Source: Eutreptiella sp. 'Long Island Sound 2002'
Taxonomy: Eukaryota; Protista; Euglenida
DNA length: 64,000 nt
Reading direction: 5' to 3'
Assembly: GCA_964036045.1 (NCBI GenBank)
Contig: OZ038378.1
Location: 142,414,001 to 142,478,000 of the forward strand
Positions 58,367-64,000 of this stretch are shown here, piece by piece. The position numbers and the translations under genes are program-made. How positions within the stretch are numbered: the stretch's first letter is position 1; the number at the start of each line of letters is the position of its first letter. Below the pieces are notes generated by a model, which searched no databases, was not told the origin of the DNA, and saw only the letters and a program-made list of their open reading frames with translations.

Positions 58367-60591
58367 GCCCGGTTCCTCTGCCTATGCGGCCAAGTAGCCA
58401 TACGATTGAAAGCATAGGTGAACGGTGACCGCAATGAGCATCAAGTCGTAGCACTCACGGTGCGCCATTGTACAAACCGACAATGCCACTCTTCCTGACC
58501 TTTGGCAGGCCCTGGCCTTGCAAAACGAGTAGCACCTTGGCGGTCGTAGGGGCGCAACTACGCGTCCTCGAGTTGAAGCACCCTTGTCTCCTTTTCCCAG
58601 TACTTCATGCCTAGAATTGCCGCCCCGCGAACCCTCCATTTTTCAAGGTCACACAACTTATACGGTCACCAGGTGGGGACGGTGATGAAAGTCCCGTCAT
58701 TTAGCTAATGGGCCCCCCTAGCCGCAAGGTCCCATTACCAGCCCCCACACACGAGCTCGAGGGCCGCCGCAAATCATGTGCCGGCCGTGCGTCCTTGGCT
58801 TGGTGCTCTTGTTGTGTACGAGCTTCCAAGTGCGATATTCCACCTTCCTGCTTCGTTCCCTCTCGGGTTATGTCCTTTCCCTGTACTACACACGCCCAAG
58901 GTGTGAGCTTCTAGGGCCTCCACTTTTGGTTTTTCATGGCGTCTTATGTGTGCCGACCTCTTTCTTCATACAAGAGTGCAATATCAGTTGCTAATTCCAA
59001 TGTACTCACCCGCCGGACATTAAAGATCATGCACTACGACATAGGAACACAACCAAAAACGGTATGTACTATGAAGGAAATTGCATTCAGCGATTTGGTG
59101 GAGGCTCACTAGGGCCTAAGCCAAAAGATGGAGTCAAATCAGACTTTTGAAAAATTAACGCCTTGTGTCAAATGCATGCAAAGTGCCCCCCCTCCCCTTC
59201 CACCCCACCCCGAGCACATAGGATCTTGGGCATAGAAGTACATGAAAAATGCCACCACCCCGCGATTGAACCAATGGTGTGGTTCACGTACCCCAACTTT
59301 TGGGTGAACCGCACTTACATCGTGCAATGGATTTGGCAAACCATTTCTCCAACATTGGATAACACGAGCGCCATTTCCGCAATCCGTACATGGTCCGCTG
59401 AAGTCGTCGGTCGTTGGCATGATCCCACACGTTATGCATGTAACATGCTGCAACACTGAACGAATATCATGGGGAACATATTCTGCGGCTATATTAATCC
59501 ACATGTTCCACCCAGGTTCTTCTTAGCTTCCTCCCGCCTCCTCTTCTCTTCAACACTTCATGCCAAATTGATTTGTCATCAAGAATTTGTTTCTAACATC
59601 TCTGAACAAGTGGCAACACGCCCTCTGTGCCTCCGGACTCACCCATATACCCCATGCTACACAACAATAATGGATTTGGTTTTAAGATATTGGCTTACGC
59701 GCGGTCCAAGTGAACAATTGACCACGTCAAATTTTGGTGAATCAATGAATGTGGCATTGAAGGCGAAAATGTATCCTTCTCTTGCACCGAGGACAACCCT
59801 TTCTTCTCTGCCTACAGCCAGTCCAATTCCCACCAGCTCTGTTTTTCCGACACCATTGCAAATTTTTGCTGTGTCTCTAGCCTCAATTCCGGAGCCTTGA
59901 CATCTTCTCTTCCGCTCCACCGCTGCCAGCTGCTCTGCGTACATCTAGGTTATATCTACTCCTTCGTGTCTCACCTTCCCATTGACCTCTATAATGCATG
60001 CCATAGATGCCATGTGTACTGCACTCCAACCGCCCACTACCACCGTCTTGTAGGCTGCCGCGCCTCCTCCAAGCCCTAGCAGCTAGATACCCTAGGCTAC
60101 TACAACGAACGGTTCGTGTGCCATGGGTAGATCATAAGCTACAACTCCTTGAGTTCTGTAGGGCATGTAGACTGATTTGTCTGCAGCATGGGGACGCCGT
60201 CAAGGCATCCCTTATTTAGCGTCATCCAATGATCTCCTTTCTAGGGGTCGGGTAAGGTATGGTTGATGGAGCCATCTCAAATTCGTTGCACTATGGTGAC
60301 CACAAGAGGCCTGCTTTATGTAGGCATATCGGTTTTTCTCCACCACTAGGACCGAGCGAAGGCATGTGTTATGTAGCCCTCATTATTTCTCTTCAATATG
60401 GGAACCCTAACATGATAATGCCTTTCTAGCCACATTGATCCCTCCCCACCATGGGGACCCCGGGAAGGCAGCGGTCATGTAGCCATTTCTATTACACAAT
60501 CGTTACCTACTAACGATTACTTACCGAGCTGGGTTTACCCTGTCGAGGTTTTACACCACCTTTTAGGGGCCAAGGATGAGCTACACGTTTT

Positions 60592-60625
<34 letters not shown>
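60592..60625 (+). repeat. (AGC)n microsatellite
   Basis: Seen directly. Confidence 0.95.
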
Positions 60626-60626
<1 letters not shown>

Positions 60627-61130
60627 GCAGCAGGCGCATAAAAAGTCCTTGCGACCACATCGCGGCTCAGAACCGGCATCCAAGTAGCTCAAAACGACCG
60701 GGGAGCCAAGGCGCATCACCACAAACAAGTTTCGTTGCGTTTTGAGCCGTCTAGCCCGTTCTACGGCCAATTTAGTGTACAAAAAATGGCCGTTTTTGGG
60801 CTGTTTTCGGCTGTTTTCAGGACGATCGTCCTGAAAGTTCAGGACGATCGCCGCTACGCCAAGCAGGTGTTTCCGATGAGGGCCGTTGTTCTTTCATGGC
60901 GATTGGGCTATCAAAGGATGGCAAATGGGTGTTCAATAAGGCGTGTACCACGCCGTGGTGCCATGCCGTGGTCCATTTTGAGGTGAAAATGAGCCGTTTT
61001 CCAGCCGTGTTTCAGGACAATCGCCGTAACCATGGAGGCACATCTCTAAAGCAAGCGGTCTTTCTTCGACGGTGATTTCCCATGCGTTACGCAAGACTAG
61101 GACCCAGCTCGGTCCTAGTTCGAGTCTTGA

Positions 61131-62434
61131 TTAAAAGTGTTAGGTACAGGGGCGAGATTTCAGGACGATAATTGTTACCTCCATATCAGCGCCACGAGAT
61201 TCCAGGACGATAATCGTTACCTCCATATCAGCGCCACATGCCCCATCCCTCCTGAAGCATGTGCAAGGCAAAGCAAAGGGATTGAAAGCTTGAAAACCAC
61301 AAAGGGCATGAAAAAAAACCCATACGGGAAAAAAAGTCCCACTGTACACATTAGTTGTGAGGTTTGGGTTCCTGAGGGTTAGCATGCAACAATACACATG
61401 TTAGTTGAAATTTATAGATAGATAGATAGATAGATAGGCCTACTCCTTGGCCTCAAGACAACAAGGGCCCACCCCATCCTCCGGCTTCACAATGGAGCTA
61501 AAGAAGCATTTCTCATGAAAAGGGGCATTGCAAGCAGTTCATTAAACGCGGTTTCCACCACGCAATGGCCGCAAAACAAAAATTTCCCCAGAACACTTGT
61601 AGCAAATGTTCTTGCGAGGCACAGTCCGAGGAGTAAACCGCGGTCGGCGCATCTTCTTAAACGGCTGAGGAGTATTGGACAAGTCCTGATTCACAGGCGA
61701 ATCTGCAAGTGCTGCGGGTGCTGCCCAAGCTGCTGCACGATAGCTTTCCCTAGCCTCAGCAAAGGACCTTTTGAGTGAGACCTGTGTCAATGGGTGCTCA
61801 TCATAGTCCCACTCTGAATCAGAAGACACCACCACAACGTCATTAGCAAGGAGATCCACGGATTCGGCAATAGACAAAGCATCAGAGGCCACACTACCCT
61901 TGTTGGGGGAGGTGTCGATGGTGGGGGCAACCCAGCATCAAGTATGTTCTCCATCCTTTTGGACATGATGTCTACAAATTGTCTACAAATTGAGGAGATG
62001 GGTTTTGCAGAGTAATTTGCCTCAAATTTGATGAAAACTGTTGTGGAAATGATTAGAAACCACCACAAGATGATACGAGGTTGTTTTTGCAACCTATTTT
62101 TCTTCTTATACGCAAATACGGCATTTTGTCATTTGTTACTCTTGTCACGAGGATGTCATCATTGACAACCGCGGTTACTTTCGGCCACCAAAACGGTTTT
62201 TTAGGTTGAAAATTGAAAACTCTTCCCAATAGGCTCATTGGAACCGGCTCAAAAAGCCGGTTTTATTGATTGGTCACAACCCCGGGTGCTTTGGCGGTTG
62301 GCCGAGATTTTAGGAAGATAATCGTTACCTCTGGCTTGGTCCCTCCAGATTTCAGGACGACAATCGTTACCTCTCCCACGAGACGGAAGTAACGATTATC
62401 GTCCTGAAATCTCGCCGGTAGCTAACACTTTCAA
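61131..62434. mobile_element. ~1.3-kb non-autonomous TIR element carrying PWWP-like and PHD remnants
   Basis: The TIR core ggcgagatttcaggacgataattgttac (61151-61178) matches the reverse complement at 62389-62416 with 1 mismatch. Pairing extends outward through aaagtgttag/ctaacacttt. No TSD was resolved. Confidence 0.75.
61450..62238 (-). pseudogene. PWWP-like plus acidic linker plus PHD finger gene relic inside the TIR element
   Basis: LLGRVFNFQPKKPFWWPKV; SSDSEWDYDE; ICYKC...V**TACNAPFHEKC, a CxxC..CxxC-x4-HxxC pattern if the two stops derive from Gln-Cys. Confidence 0.5.
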
Positions 62435-64000
62435 TTTCTCCGCACTTTGGGGATGCCAAAAAGTAGATGTTATGTATCCATGATGATTTCTCCACCCTAT
62501 GGGGATTCCCAGAACGCACATCTTATGCAGTCACCTTGATTTCACCCCAATCTGGGGACCGGTAAGTTGGTGTTTTCACGCTGGGGCAGAATCCCCACAT
62601 GAAGGGCTTAGAGTTGGGCCGCCGCTGTTTTTTTCAGTTTACGGTTCCGTGTATGCTGGAGCTGGCATGGTTGGTTAGCCGCACCTACATTGCTTGTTCA
62701 ACTAAAGTGTCCCCTCGCCGTGGGCTATTCGATTCTTCGCCCGTCTGTGCCTAGTCTTTCCCCTGGGGATACTATTTCCATTGTGTGTCTTTTTTCATTT
62801 TTCATGTATGTGATTTTTTGAGGTCCCTGTTGTCACCTTAAGGTGTAGGATTTAATCGAGCGAGGTGAGAGAAGTTTGGCCCTCGGACAATCAAGTTGCT
62901 TCTCATTTGTACTTAGTCAATGTAATCGCCAATGTACATGCAGGCTCAACCCTATGTGCATCCGTGTGATCGCTTCATAATCCGAAGACGTGTGTCGGCA
63001 AACCCATAGGCCTGTCTTATCCAATCCAGTGCACATGTTGTCAGCGACGTAGTCATAGACCGCATAATGCAACCCGAGGGATTGCCAGGCAATCCGCCGG
63101 TGCTCCGACCCGCACCCGAAGCGTCACGCTATCGCGCCTCATACGTACGCACACAGCCGCAAAACGCACGCCACCACGCTGAATACACCACATACCCCTT
63201 ATTGCTGCTCCTACGGCGCGCTCACACAGAGGCGGCGCTGGCACTCACTCGGCCCCGTACTCGCTCAGGCCTTACCACAGACAACACTCAGCAACAAAAG
63301 GGGGGGGAGAGCGGTCACACTATACCTGCAAGGAGGAGGGGTATTGCTGTCCTTGCAGGCAAGGAGCGGGTACACACAGAGTCAGGAAAGGGGGGGGGAG
63401 GGGGGGGGGGAGGACACGCTCGCCTGCTCCGACAAATACTGCCGGCAGGCTACCAGAGTCCATGCATGTTAGTACTACAAAAGGCCTAATGGTCTCCGAC
63501 TTGCCACGCCCAATAAAAGTGCAGTTAGTTACCACAGTGGTGTACACAACCACCATGGCCGGTCTCCCCTGAACACAAAGCCTCATACCCAAATGTCTTC
63601 CCCGTCTCGGCTTTTGCGTAGTTATGGATGTACTGATACCTTTCACGGCACCTTCGTGTCCCGGAATAGAGACCACACGTTCCATCGCATGCGCTGCACC
63701 TTCATCCTTAGACAGTACAAGCTGCCCCATGTGGCGCTACCAGGCATTAGTGAACTCCCCAACGAGCTGAGCAACAGACACAAAGCGCTTTGCAGCGGGC
63801 ACCTGTGGACTAATGGTCGACGACCTGTACCCCTCTTGATGCAACTGAATAGCTTCGGTGGAAACGTATTGTTGCAATTTCCGGATCTCGCGTCTCCTCC
63901 TCTTACATCATCGCTCCGCAGAGCCAGCCGGGGGGCCAAGGGAAAGTTTCCCCATTAGCACAAAAGCTGCGACACACAGGCCGGCACACATGTGGGTAGA

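Noticed and set aside
59840-59857. Walker A-like GVGKT on the minus strand
   Set aside because: No Walker B or other helicase motifs could be found in register.

Overview
This is eukaryotic nuclear DNA, most likely from a protist or alga. A euglenid-like host is inferred, not proven, from three hints: the VIPER-like gag-YR-RT/RH gene order, a junction matching the euglenid non-conventional intron signature, and a pyrimidine-AG site upstream of an ATG. The first 8 kb hold two GC-rich host genes: the 3' part of a small membrane protein, and a two-exon S10 serine carboxypeptidase with a GT-AG intron. The remaining ~56 kb are nested repeats and mobile-element relics. These include TGCCAT and 53-bp satellites that each switch strand, LINE fragments, two tyrosine-recombinase (YR) retroelements, a dead MULE with a 4x471-bp internal tandem array, a BTB-BACK pseudogene, an AlkB-like relic and a small TIR element carrying PWWP/PHD remnants. 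One YR element is ~6.4 kb, nearly intact, with A..BA..B split direct repeats; the other has gag plus YR only. The most notable locus is 29.8-32.9 kb (minus strand). A degenerate DDE transposase there has motifs that line up by eye with the RAG1/Transib core, is bracketed by inverted CGTACG arrays, and lies directly downstream of a co-oriented TET/JBP-like 2OG-Fe(II) dioxygenase ORF. This is a candidate mobile DNA-modification module. A second notable point is that in both YR elements gag and YR are in frame and separated by UGA-C at the same position, which suggests stop-codon readthrough. All family assignments come from motif recognition by eye; no database searches were run.
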